Assembly: GCA_052033915.1 (NCBI GenBank)
Contig: JBPOJF010000006.1
Span: forward strand, 275,544-339,543
Length of the DNA stretch: 64,000 bases
From: Lentisphaerota bacterium
Lineage (GTDB): Bacteria > Verrucomicrobiota > Kiritimatiellia > CAIQIC01 > JAGNIJ01
Direction of reading: 5' to 3'
Shown here: piece after piece, positions 36,987-47,205 of the stretch
How positions within the stretch are numbered: the first letter of the stretch is position 1
Layout of the letters: every line of letters begins with the position of its first letter
Notes under the pieces: model-generated
Seen by the model: the letters and a program-made list of their open reading frames with translations, nothing else
Told to the model about the DNA's origin: nothing
The model's database searches: none
Translations under genes and position numbers: made by a program

Positions 36987-37364
36987 TTAACGACACCCGC
37001 GGCCTCCGCCGTGATGGCCGCAAGCGGCTTGCTCGTCCATCTCGGTCAGTTCCCCCGCTTTCAGGCGGCTCACGGCTTCCGCCACAGTGCCGCCCGCGCA
37101 CCGGTACACCTTGACCCCGAGGGAATGCAGTCCTCGCAACGCGCCCGCGCCCATACCTCCCACAATCACGGCGTCGGGCTTCGCGCCCGCCAGCGCGTGA
37201 ACCGGGCTGCACGCGCCGGGGACATGACCTTGGTCTCTATTGGACAGCGGTTCCACCAACATACCATCGGTTTCAACCATTGCAAATCCCGGCGCGGACC
37301 CGAAATGGGCATACACCGTGCTTTCAAACCCGCGATACTCCTCGACCGGCACGCAGATTTTCAT
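36987..37364 (-). CDS. NifX/NifB-type dinitrogenase FeMo-cofactor-binding family protein
   Basis: MKICVPVEE...FGSAPGFAMVET...VIVGGMGAGAL pattern of PF02579, 125 aa. Confidence 0.7.
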   Translation of the reverse strand: MKICVPVEEYRGFESTVYAHFGSAPGFAMVETDGMLVEPLSNRDQGHVPGACSPVHALAGAKPDAVIVGGMGAGALRGLHSLGVKVYRCAGGTVAEAVSRLKAGELTEMDEQAACGHHGGGRGCR

Positions 37365-37843
37365 GACGCCTGCGCCTCTTTCTCCGCGGCTTGCCGATCC
37401 CCGGCCTGACTCGCGCCGACTGACGGTCCCCGGCGCATGCAGCGTCCTTTACCCCACCCCCGGCCGCGGCCGCATCCGCGGGGTCCTCTCCCCACTCCCC
37501 GTCCCATCCCCGCCGGTCCTCTTCCATCTCGTCCTGGCATATGGTTCTCTCCTTTCACAATCACGGCTCCGCCTTCCATGCGGAGCGCCTTGCCGTGAAT
37601 CAGCGCATCCGCCACTTTCCTCCGCGCCCCCTCGATAATGCGCGAGAATGTCGGGCGGGAGATTTTCATCTTCTCCGCGGCCTCTTCCTGGTAGAGGCCG
37701 TTCAAATCGGCAAGCCGCAGGGCTTCGACTTCGTCGAGGGCCAGAACGGCCTCCTCGATCTCACGCAGGGGAACATCCGCGGGCTTGAAGTACGTCACCC
37801 CCGGTACGAACCCGATCTGTCGCCTGCAACAGGGTCTCGGCAT
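37361..37843 (-). CDS. DUF134 (UPF0251) predicted DNA-binding protein with a Gly/Arg-rich C-terminal tail
   Basis: The N-terminal [8 protein letters not shown]..FKP and [36 protein letters not shown] segments are typical of DUF134. The stop overlaps the NifX-like start. Confidence 0.65.
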   Translation of the reverse strand: [160 protein letters not shown]

Positions 37844-37865
37844 GGATTGGCTCCTGTTTTTGTTA

Positions 37866-37881
37866 TGAACATATGTTCATT
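37866..37881. promoter_or_regulatory. Perfect 16-bp palindrome ATGAACATATGTTCAT upstream of the DUF134/NifX-like/peroxiredoxin genes. A second inverted repeat TTTCA-cacat-TGAAA lies at about 37917-37933
   Basis: Read directly. It is intergenic, 22 bp upstream of the DUF134 start. Confidence 0.45.
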
Positions 37882-37931
37882 ATGGGATTCAGTCAAGCGT
37901 GAGGATGGACGGAGAAGCTTTTCACACATTG

Positions 37932-38012
37932 AAAGAATCGCCACGCATCGTCCTCGCACTCGTCCTCGGTTGTTTCGGAACGACCGGGGACGACGACGAG
38001 ATCGAGGACGAT
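37932..38012 (-). terminator. Long GC-rich hairpin downstream of rng containing copy A of the conserved 3'-UTR motif
   Basis: In the sense strand, GTCATCCAATCGTCCTCGATCTCGTC pairs (16 of 18) with GACGAGTGCGAGGACGAT and is followed by ATTCTTTC. Confidence 0.4.
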
Positions 38013-38022
38013 TGGATGACGG

Positions 38023-39645
38023 CTACTTCTCCACGCTCGAGTACAGTTCCTCTCCGGTCTGCGCGTGCACGATGGTGAAGTCTTCCACGTGCATGTTTCC
38101 GTCGGAGACGAACGTGAGGCGGCTGCCGTACTTCTGTTCGAGTTCGATCAGATCGGCCTCATCCTCCTTGCGCAGACGGTCCATGACGGACGGGTTGACG
38201 GTGATCTTGACCGGCAGGGCTTTCTTCTCGTAATGGTGGCGGCGCATGACTTCCGCGATATGGCGCTGGATCTGCACGCTCATGCTGAGCGAGGACTTCA
38301 CCTTCCCGCGGCCATGGCAGTACGGGCAGTCGACGTAATTCGAGGCGCGGATGCTCTCTTCCGCGCGCTGGCGCGTCATCTCGAGCAGTCCGAGCTGGGA
38401 AATCTGCAGGACGTTGGTCCGGGCCTTGTCCGTCTTCAGGGCGTCCTTCAATGCCTTGTGGACGGCGTGCTGGTTGCGCTTCTGCTTCATGTCGATGAAG
38501 TCGATGACGACAAGACCGCCGACGTTGCGCAGGCGGAGCTGCCGGGCGATTTCCACGGCGGCCTCGATATTGACCTGCGTGATCGATTCCTCCTGCGACG
38601 AACCGCCCTTGTGCCGGCCGGTATTCACATCGATCGCGACGAGCGCCTCGGTCTCGTCGAAGATGATGTAGCCGCCGCCTTTCAGCCAGACCTTGCGGCG
38701 GAAGCAGTTCTCCAACTGGCGCTCGACTTCGAAATGCTCGAAGATGGGCGCTTCGCCGTCGTAGGGCTTGACCTTGCTTTTCGCGCGGCGCGAGATTCTC
38801 GACACCAGGTCGCGGATGTGCTCAAACGCCTCCTTGGAGTCGATCACGATGCGGTCGATGTCCTCGGTCAGCGAATCGCGAACGACGCGTTCAATAAGGT
38901 CCGGTTCCTCGTACAGGCGGCACGGGGCGGGCTTTTCCTTGATGCCGGTCTCGATTTCCTTCCAGATATCGAGCAGGTTCCGGACATCGCGCACAAAGCT
39001 GACCTTGCGCGCGCCGGAGCCGGCGGTCCGGACGATCAGGCCGATATTGGGCAGGACCGGCAGGCGCGCGAGCACTTTCTTGAGCCGCGCCCGCTCCTTG
39101 GCGTCCTCGATCTTCCGCGACACGCCCTTCATGTTGGTCCCCGGCATCATCACGAGATAGCGCCCGGGGATGCTCAGGTTGGCGGTGACGCGCGGGCCCT
39201 TGGTGCCGATGGCGGCCTTGGTCACCTGCACGACGATCTCCGTGCCGATCGGGAACTGCTTGGCCATTTCGCCGGCGGCGTAGCGCTTCTGCCGCGGCCG
39301 CCGCTGGACCCCCTCCTCCGCTTCGAGCCGCGCGGCGTCCTCGGGGATCATGTCCCAGTAATGGACGAACGCGTTCTTCTTCATCCCGATGTCGATGAAC
39401 GCCGCCTGCAGGCCGTCCTCCAGGTTCTGGATCTTGCCCTTGAAGACGCTGCCGACGATACGGTCCTCGCTCGGCCGTTCGATGAAGAACTCCTCGAGGT
39501 GGCCGTTTTCGAGAACGGCGACGCGCGTCTCCAGGTTCTCCGCGTTGATGATGATTTCCTTTTTGATGTTTTTCCCCAATCCGAGTTTGTTTGCCAGGAA
39601 TTGCAACATAGCTTGATTCACCTCATTGCTGATATCGTCTGACAT
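38023..39645 (-). CDS. rng: Ribonuclease G/E family (RNase G-like)
   Basis: S1 domain N-terminus (GSVFKGKIQNLEDGLQAAFIDIG), catalytic region (IDVNTG...), and Zn-link CPYCHGRG. 540 aa. Confidence 0.85.
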   Translation of the reverse strand: MSDDISNEVNQAMLQFLANKLGLGKNIKKEIIINAENLETRVAVLENGHLEEFFIERPSEDRIVGSVFKGKIQNLEDGLQAAFIDIGMKKNAFVHYWDMIPEDAARLEAEEGVQRRPRQKRYAAGEMAKQFPIGTEIVVQVTKAAIGTKGPRVTANLSIPGRYLVMMPGTNMKGVSRKIEDAKERARLKKVLARLPVLPNIGLIVRTAGSGARKVSFVRDVRNLLDIWKEIETGIKEKPAPCRLYEEPDLIERVVRDSLTEDIDRIVIDSKEAFEHIRDLVSRISRRAKSKVKPYDGEAPIFEHFEVERQLENCFRRKVWLKGGGYIIFDETEALVAIDVNTGRHKGGSSQEESITQVNIEAAVEIARQLRLRNVGGLVVIDFIDMKQKRNQHAVHKALKDALKTDKARTNVLQISQLGLLEMTRQRAEESIRASNYVDCPYCHGRGKVKSSLSMSVQIQRHIAEVMRRHHYEKKALPVKITVNPSVMDRLRKEDEADLIELEQKYGSRLTFVSDGNMHVEDFTIVHAQTGEELYSSVEK

Positions 39646-40741
39646 AAACGCTCTGCACGATGCCCAGACCGATCATCGTGCTCACCATGAACGAGCCCCC
39701 GTAACTGATCAGCGGGAGCGGAAGCCCCGTGATCGGAAGAAGCCCGATCGTCATGGCAATGTTCACGAACACATGGCAGAACAGCAGGCCGGTCACGCCG
39801 ACCGCCAGCATCCGCCCCATCTTGTCCCTCGCCTCGAGGGCCGCGCGGGCCCCCGCGGCCAGCACCAGCGAGTACAGCGCCAGCAGGCCGAGAGAGCCCA
39901 GGAATCCCATCTCCTCGGCGATCACCGAGTAGATGAAGTCCGTGGGCGCCACTGTGCGCGGCAGAAAGCCGAGCACGTTCTGCGTCCCATTCATATACCC
40001 TTTCCCCGAAAAACCGCCCGACCCCACGGCAATCTCGGACTGGATCTTGTTCCAGCCCGCGCCCAGCGGATCGCGCCCGGCGTCGAAGAAGACCAGGATC
40101 CGATCCTTCTGATAGTCGTCGAGCCCGAACCAGCCGAACGGCAGCAGAAGAATGCCGATGCCGATGAGCGCGCCGAGGTACTTCACCGGCACACCGGCCA
40201 CGAACATCATGAAGAACGACACCGGCAGGAGCATCGTGGCCGTGCCGATATCCGGCTCCTTGAAGATGAGGAAGAACGGAACGGCGACGATCAGCAGCAC
40301 CTGGAACAGGCATTTCCAGGTCCGGACGTCGCGGCCGGGCCGGCCGAGGAACCGCGCCAAGACGATCACGGTCGCCAGCTTGCCGAATTCCGAAGGCTGG
40401 ACCTGCACACCGAACAGGTTCAGCCAGCGATACGCGCCGTACACCTTCTTCCCGACGCCCGGGATGAGCACAAGAACGAGGAGAACCAGGCCGACCCCAT
40501 ACAAAACCCACGCCGCGTCGCGGAGTCGATGGTAATCGATCACCGCCATCATCAGGAAGAAGACAACGCCAGCCAGCACCCACACCATCTGCTTTTCGTA
40601 AAACGGGGCCACGGGCAGATCGTCATGGCGACTCACCGCGCTGTAGATGAAGAAAATGCCCGCGATCAGGAGCATGGCCATGGCAAAAATCATGGACCAG
40701 TCCATGCGGCGCAGGATGCGGCTGATGCGGTTCCAGTCCAT
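39623..40741 (-). CDS. rodA: SEDS-family peptidoglycan glycosyltransferase RodA
   Basis: 10-TM SEDS protein (QPSEFGKLATVIVLARFL, PTDFIYSVIAEEMGF, GGSFMVST) immediately downstream of PBP2. Confidence 0.85.
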   Translation of the reverse strand: MDWNRISRILRRMDWSMIFAMAMLLIAGIFFIYSAVSRHDDLPVAPFYEKQMVWVLAGVVFFLMMAVIDYHRLRDAAWVLYGVGLVLLVLVLIPGVGKKVYGAYRWLNLFGVQVQPSEFGKLATVIVLARFLGRPGRDVRTWKCLFQVLLIVAVPFFLIFKEPDIGTATMLLPVSFFMMFVAGVPVKYLGALIGIGILLLPFGWFGLDDYQKDRILVFFDAGRDPLGAGWNKIQSEIAVGSGGFSGKGYMNGTQNVLGFLPRTVAPTDFIYSVIAEEMGFLGSLGLLALYSLVLAAGARAALEARDKMGRMLAVGVTGLLFCHVFVNIAMTIGLLPITGLPLPLISYGGSFMVSTMIGLGIVQSVYVRRYQQ

Positions 40742-42561
40742 CAGCCCTCCCCTTCCTGCCGGGCGGGCGGAGCGAACAGGCCCGCCATGATCTGCTTCAT
40801 CTTCGGCGCGGCCGTGGTCCCTCCCGTCACGCCTTCCTCGACCATCAAGGCCACCGCGTAGCGAGGGTTGTCATAGGGCGCGAACGCGATCATCCACGCG
40901 ATCTTGTGGCCCTGCCCCTTCACGCCGTATTCGGCCGTGCCCGTCTTCCCCGCCATCTCCACGCCCGGGACCTGGGCGAGGCGGCCCGTCCCGTGGCGCG
41001 ACATGACCACATCACGCATGCCGCCGCGGACAATGGCGGTGTTTCGCGGCGACCAGTCCAGCCTTCGAACCGCCTGCGGCGGGACCGCGCGCAGCGGTCC
41101 GTCGTCCGTCTCCCGGACGCCCAGAACAATCCGCGGCCGGAAGAGCGTCCCCCCGTTGGCGAACGCGGCCGTGGCCATGGCCATCTGAAGCGGAGTCGCT
41201 CCGAGCGCGCCCTGGCCGATGGACAGGTTGCACGTGTCGCCGTCGCGCCAGGCGTCGTGGTACATCCGCTGCTTCCAGGCGTTGTCGGGAACCAATCCGG
41301 ACACTTCGTAATCCAAACTGATATCGGTCTTCTGGCCGAGCCCCAGAGCCTCGGCCATGCGGGAGATCGGTTCCGGCCCGCTCTGCAGGCCGAGATGGTA
41401 GAAGTACACATTGCACGAGCGCTCGAGCGACTCCTGCATGTCGAGCAACCCGTGGCCCGCAGGATACCAGCAGCCGAAGCGCCCCCGGCCCAGCGTGAAG
41501 TAGCCCGGGCAACGGAACGAGGTGCCGGGTGTGGCCTTCTTGTTTTCGAGGGCCGCGATGGCGACAATGGGCTTGAACGTGCTGCCCGGCGCATACGTGC
41601 CAGCCACGGCCCGGTTCACGAGGGGCTTGTCCGGGTTGTCAGAAAGCGCCCGCCAATCATCCCTCGAAATCGCCGGCACAAACCGATTCAAGTCGAAGCC
41701 GGGAGAACTGGCCATCGCGATCACGTCGCCGTTGTTCGGATCCACGACGACCGCGGCGCCGACCATCCCCGCCAGCGCCGCTTCGACAAGCTGCTGGGCG
41801 CGCAGATCGATCGACATCACGATATCCTTGCCGTTCTGCGGACCTCGCGCCGCGAGATCGTCATGCCGGAACCCGGAGACATCCACGCGGACAAGCCGGC
41901 CGCCGGGTTCGCCGCGCAGAATGCCGTCGAACGTCTTCTCCAGGCCCGATTTCCCGGCCATTTCAGGGAGGTAGTAGTGGTACGGTTCCTCGTCTTTCGG
42001 AGGCTCGGCGCGGCCCACGTACCCGACCACGTGACACGAGGCATTGGTAAACGGATATTGCCGGACCGCTTCGACATAGATATCCACGCCGGGCACCCTC
42101 GCGGCGCGCTCGGCCAGCCGGGCCATGGTTTGTTCGTCCAGATCGCGCCACGCCAGGAGCGGGAGGGGAAGGCGCTTTTTCACATGCGTCTTGATATCGG
42201 CCTCGGTGATCTGCCGCGGCACGCCGAGGGTGACGGACAACTCGTCGATCAGCGAGTTCACGTGACTGATGGTCCGGGCCCACCGGCCGGGCTGGCGCAG
42301 TTCCTCGAGGTAGATCGCGATGCAGTAGCTCGGACGGTTATCGGCGACGCAGAGGCCGTTGCGGTCGAAAATCCGGCCGCGCAGGCCGGGCACTCGAACG
42401 CGCCGGACGCTCTGTTTCATCAGGTCCTGCTGATACATCGTACCGTGGGACACCTGCATACGCCAAAGCGCGGCCAGCAGGATTCCGAAGGCGGCCAGCA
42501 TACCCGCCAGCAGGATCCGAACACGAAGGTGTTCTTCGTCAAATAGATTCCGGAACGCCAC
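40741..42561 (-). CDS. mrdA: Penicillin-binding protein 2 (elongasome transpeptidase)
   Basis: The N-terminus VAFRNLFDEEHLRVRILLAGMLAAFGILL (GTG start overlapping the mreD stop by 1 nt) resembles E. coli PBP2 FRDYTAESALFVRRALVAF. STFK, SGN and KTG transpeptidase motifs are present. Confidence 0.85.
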   Translation of the reverse strand: MAFRNLFDEEHLRVRILLAGMLAAFGILLAALWRMQVSHGTMYQQDLMKQSVRRVRVPGLRGRIFDRNGLCVADNRPSYCIAIYLEELRQPGRWARTISHVNSLIDELSVTLGVPRQITEADIKTHVKKRLPLPLLAWRDLDEQTMARLAERAARVPGVDIYVEAVRQYPFTNASCHVVGYVGRAEPPKDEEPYHYYLPEMAGKSGLEKTFDGILRGEPGGRLVRVDVSGFRHDDLAARGPQNGKDIVMSIDLRAQQLVEAALAGMVGAAVVVDPNNGDVIAMASSPGFDLNRFVPAISRDDWRALSDNPDKPLVNRAVAGTYAPGSTFKPIVAIAALENKKATPGTSFRCPGYFTLGRGRFGCWYPAGHGLLDMQESLERSCNVYFYHLGLQSGPEPISRMAEALGLGQKTDISLDYEVSGLVPDNAWKQRMYHDAWRDGDTCNLSIGQGALGATPLQMAMATAAFANGGTLFRPRIVLGVRETDDGPLRAVPPQAVRRLDWSPRNTAIVRGGMRDVVMSRHGTGRLAQVPGVEMAGKTGTAEYGVKGQGHKIAWMIAFAPYDNPRYAVALMVEEGVTGGTTAAPKMKQIMAGLFAPPARQEGEG

Positions 42562-43064
42562 TACGAAGCCCTTTCGTCGATGTTGCCGAGCATCCGGTCC
42601 AACCTCTCCATGAATGCAAATTCGAACGGCACGAGGATCGCCCCGAGCAAAACGGAGCCGAACCCCTTGAGAAAGACCCACCCCGGCGCGAGCGAGACCA
42701 GGCCGGCCGCGGACAGGAGCCCGTACAGAGCCAGCGTCACCGCGCCGCCGGCGATCGCGCCGAACATCATGTGCGTAAACGACTCGTGCACGAAGACCAT
42801 ATCCTTGAAGTTGCTCACGACGACGGCGACGACGCAGAAGCAGAACGAGGAGTAGCCCAGGGGAATCATGCACAGCGCGTCCTGCAGGAGCCCCGCGATG
42901 ATGGCGGCCTGGAGCATCGTGCCCCGCGAGTGGGCCAATGCGTAGTAGATCACGAGGCCGAGCAAGACCGGCGCGTTGACCTGCCCGAGCCAGGAGAAGG
43001 TCGGAAACACGGCTTGCGCCACGGCGCCGACAAGGATGGCCATGAACATGAGGAGCGTGGTCAC
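42561..43064 (-). CDS. mreD: Rod shape-determining protein MreD
   Basis: Small polytopic membrane protein, 167 aa, between mreC and mrdA. Confidence 0.7.
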   Translation of the reverse strand: MTTLLMFMAILVGAVAQAVFPTFSWLGQVNAPVLLGLVIYYALAHSRGTMLQAAIIAGLLQDALCMIPLGYSSFCFCVVAVVVSNFKDMVFVHESFTHMMFGAIAGGAVTLALYGLLSAAGLVSLAPGWVFLKGFGSVLLGAILVPFEFAFMERLDRMLGNIDERAS

Positions 43065-43951
43065 GGCGCGCCCTCCCCGGAAGACCGCGTCTTCATCAGA
43101 AAGTCATCCGCCCCATCCCCCTGCTCCGCGACCACGAACACATACGTCAGCCGGCCGAGGTCGGCTTTGGGAATGATGTCCGCGCGCTGGAAGAGGCCGG
43201 ATTCGTCCTTGTGGACCTTGTCCACGTACCCGATCAGAAGTCCCTTCGGGAACACGCCGCCCAGTCCGGACGTGACCACTTCGTCGCCGGGCAGAACCGG
43301 GATGTTCTTGTTGATAAAATCGACCCGGCAGGAGGCCTGGCCTGATCGCGCGGGTCCGTTTCCGGACACCACGCCGAACGCGCCGGTCCGGACCACCCGC
43401 GCGGAGACCTTGCAGCCCGCGTCGGAAATCAGAAGGACATCGCTCGTCTGCGCGGAGACATCCACGGTCTTGCCCACAAGCCCGTCGGACGTCATGACGG
43501 CCATGTCCATGGATACGCCGTCGCTCACGCCCTTGCTCAGCCGGATGGTCTGCCACCAGCCGGTGATATCGCGGGCAATCACCTCGCACGGCGTAAGCCG
43601 GCGTCCGGACTGGGCGGAGAACTGAAGTTGCTCGCGCAGCGCGGCGTTATCCTGGGCCAGGGACTGAAGGTCGCGAACCTCATTCCGGAGGCGGACGAGT
43701 TCGGCGGACATCTGCTGGTTCTCGCGCACGAGCCCCCCGATGCCGCGAACGGAGCGGACGCTTTCCTCCACCCACCGCGAAAACCCGGACAGCGCGCCCT
43801 GCAGGGGCGCAACGCCCTCGCGCAAAGCGGCCTTCGCCTGGCGCGATATCGAGTCCGGCAGGTTGAGCACCGCGAGGAGCACAGCCCCCAAGACCACCCA
43901 CAGTACGATACTTCTGTCTCTCATTTCGTCCCTGAAAAGCCCGATCGCCAT
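43061..43951 (-). CDS. mreC: Rod shape-determining protein MreC
   Basis: N-terminal TM and coiled-coil, then a beta-rich domain with GLVGKTVDVS and TSGLGGVFPKGLLIGYV motifs. Confidence 0.8.
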   Translation of the reverse strand: MAIGLFRDEMRDRSIVLWVVLGAVLLAVLNLPDSISRQAKAALREGVAPLQGALSGFSRWVEESVRSVRGIGGLVRENQQMSAELVRLRNEVRDLQSLAQDNAALREQLQFSAQSGRRLTPCEVIARDITGWWQTIRLSKGVSDGVSMDMAVMTSDGLVGKTVDVSAQTSDVLLISDAGCKVSARVVRTGAFGVVSGNGPARSGQASCRVDFINKNIPVLPGDEVVTSGLGGVFPKGLLIGYVDKVHKDESGLFQRADIIPKADLGRLTYVFVVAEQGDGADDFLMKTRSSGEGAP

Positions 43952-44007
43952 AGAGGACGAAGAGCCGGTCTGCGAGGAAACGACATGCGGCAGGTCTACC
44001 GGACAGA

Positions 44008-45054
<1,047 letters not shown>

Positions 45055-45168
45055 TTATCCCTTTGAAAATACGGAGATTGCGCATACTTTGCGTAACTGA
45101 CGCCGGACCGTCAAGCGATAAATGTCTGCCGACTGGAACGCCTTTGAAATATGGGGGTTGGACGACAT

Positions 45169-46233
45169 TCAGCCCACCAATGGCTTGGCAATGAGTCCCA
45201 CCGGGTCGGTCCGGACCGGCTTCTTCTCGATTCGGGCGATCAGGTTTTTCAGAAACGCGTCCCGGCGATTCTCCTTCTCCTCGGGAGACAGGCCTTTCAT
45301 ATCCAGGTAGCCGGCGGCCATCCGTTTGTGTCCCCCCGCGGAGCCCTGCTTTCGCACCAGGCTTTTCAGGAGACTGCCGCAACGGGCCCCCTTGTTTTCG
45401 GACCGGATGGAAACGAGCAGGTTGTCGCCATGGTAGCCCGTGCAAAAAGACCACGTGATGCGTTCCATGAGACAAAGCAGTTCGGCAATTTCCGCGATGA
45501 TCTCGGGTTGTTGGACCGAGTCCAGATGCGTCCAGGATACACGCCCGTACACAAAGGCATTCTTAATGGCCTCCTGAAGCTGGGCGTAATAGGAACGGGG
45601 AAGCGGGGCGTGACGGATCTTGCCGATGATCCTCATGTTCGAACGCGCCAGCAGGTACAGGTAGGCCTCGAGATCGAGGTCCGAGCAACTGCGGGAAAGG
45701 TCCAGCGTCTCCGCGGCAATGGCATACGCCATGATCGACGCGAGCCATTTCGGCACGGTAATGCCCGCCGCGTACAGGAACCCGTACATCATGCTCACCG
45801 TCGCTCCGGCGCCCACGCGGATATCGCTGAGGACATCGCCCCATCGTTTCTTCGACCTGAACGGATGGTGGTCGAAAACGGCGACCGGCTTGACGAACGG
45901 CGGGACCGTCACGTTGCCCGACCAGGGGGCCGTGTCCACAAAAATGCACGGAACGCGCTTGCCGGAGACTCGAAGCTCCTCGAGCGGACGCCACCGATAC
46001 CGGCAATGATTCAGGAGTTCCCGGTTCTCCGCTCTCGACACGCGGCCGGTAAAAGCGATCTGGCCTTGCACATGAAATCGCTTCGCGAGCAGGAGATGCA
46101 TCGCTGCGGCGGAGGCCAGGGCGTCCGGATCCGGGTAGTCGTGCGGAATAATCAGCACCCTCCCCCTCGAGGGCAGCACCTTGCCGAGCTTCTCCAGATG
46201 ATCCCTGGCTTGCTTGAGGGCTGCTTCATCCAT
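45169..46233 (-). CDS. DHH-family phosphoesterase (NrnA-like nanoRNase/pAp phosphatase)
   Basis: IIPHDYPDPDALASAAAM (DHH motif I), VFDHHP (motif III), and a DHHA1-like C-terminus with GGHKRMAAG. Confidence 0.75.
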   Translation of the reverse strand: MDEAALKQARDHLEKLGKVLPSRGRVLIIPHDYPDPDALASAAAMHLLLAKRFHVQGQIAFTGRVSRAENRELLNHCRYRWRPLEELRVSGKRVPCIFVDTAPWSGNVTVPPFVKPVAVFDHHPFRSKKRWGDVLSDIRVGAGATVSMMYGFLYAAGITVPKWLASIMAYAIAAETLDLSRSCSDLDLEAYLYLLARSNMRIIGKIRHAPLPRSYYAQLQEAIKNAFVYGRVSWTHLDSVQQPEIIAEIAELLCLMERITWSFCTGYHGDNLLVSIRSENKGARCGSLLKSLVRKQGSAGGHKRMAAGYLDMKGLSPEEKENRRDAFLKNLIARIEKKPVRTDPVGLIAKPLVG

Positions 46234-46235
46234 GA

Positions 46236-47093
46236 TTACAAAAAACGCTCCATTCTCGCGAGAACCTCTTTCCTGAACCGGTCGATCATCTCGCCGACGT
46301 ATTCCCCGGGATCGATCCGGACATCCCGCAGAAGCGGCGTCAGGTCCATGGCCGTGCTCAGCGCCGTCGCCGTGTCAACCCGGTGCGTCTGGCCGTAGGT
46401 CGCCGCGGCCCGACGCCGCGCCGCCGCCGCCAGATCGTAGCGCTTCCCGCCGCTGATCTGCGAGTCGTAAACGCCGAGCAGGGCCGATTGAATGTTCTCG
46501 CGCCGGGAGATGTCCCATGTCGCTTTCTCGCCGTCGGGCAGCCAGTCCAGATCGCGCCAGACCTCGCCGCCGTAGAATTTCCGGGGCCGCGCCTTCGCCG
46601 GAAGGGCCCGCAACGCCTCAAGGGTCCGCAGAGCGAGCGCCACATGGGTATCGTGTTTATCCGCCGGATTATGACCGATCACCACATCCGGCGCGGCGGC
46701 CAGGACCAGCCTGCGGAGATCTTCACGCACATCCTCTGCCCGCGCGTTTTTGACGGCCGATCCGGGATGATCCAGCATGACGAGCGCCCCATACTCACCG
46801 ACCACGGCCGCTTTCTTCTGCTCCCGCCGGCGAACGGCCCGCATCTGCTTGTCGGTGAAACGCGCATACTGGGCGGTACGGGGACTGCCCGCGCCGTCGG
46901 TCACGACGACGCCTGTGAACCACCGGTCGGTCCGGCCAAAGCCGTCGAGGATCGCATGCGGCGCCATGATCTCGATGTCGTCGGGGTGCGCGGCAATACA
47001 CATCGCGGTCGTGCGCGAAAGAGCCTTCAAAACCGGAACGCCGTCCGGGATGAATATCTCCGCGCTGGCACGAGCAAACTTCACGTCATTCAC
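46236..47093 (-). CDS. PIG-L/LmbE-family N-acetylglucosaminyl deacetylase
   Basis: CIAAHPDDIEIMAP and HNPADKHDTH zinc-site motifs. Confidence 0.75.
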   Translation of the reverse strand: MNDVKFARASAEIFIPDGVPVLKALSRTTAMCIAAHPDDIEIMAPHAILDGFGRTDRWFTGVVVTDGAGSPRTAQYARFTDKQMRAVRRREQKKAAVVGEYGALVMLDHPGSAVKNARAEDVREDLRRLVLAAAPDVVIGHNPADKHDTHVALALRTLEALRALPAKARPRKFYGGEVWRDLDWLPDGEKATWDISRRENIQSALLGVYDSQISGGKRYDLAAAARRRAAATYGQTHRVDTATALSTAMDLTPLLRDVRIDPGEYVGEMIDRFRKEVLARMERFL

Positions 47094-47133
47094 GATGGAC
47101 GTATTATAGCCGGTTCTGTGAAAGGAAGAACTA

Positions 47134-47205
47134 ATTAAAACAAGCCCTCGTCCTCCTCCTCGCCGTCGGACTCGGACGTTCGAGGAAATCGAGGACGATG
47201 GGATC
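47134..47205 (-). terminator. Intrinsic terminator downstream of fabF built from copy B of the conserved 3'-UTR motif
   Basis: The sense strand reads TAA-GATCCCATCGTCCTCGATTTCCTCG...CGGCGAGGAGGAGGACGAGGGC followed by TTGTTTTAATT. It is a long imperfect GC stem plus a U-tract. Confidence 0.5.

Noticed and set aside
38065-42546. 525-aa and 546-aa plus-strand ORFs
   Set aside because: They are antisense to rng and mrdA, both of which carry unambiguous family motifs.
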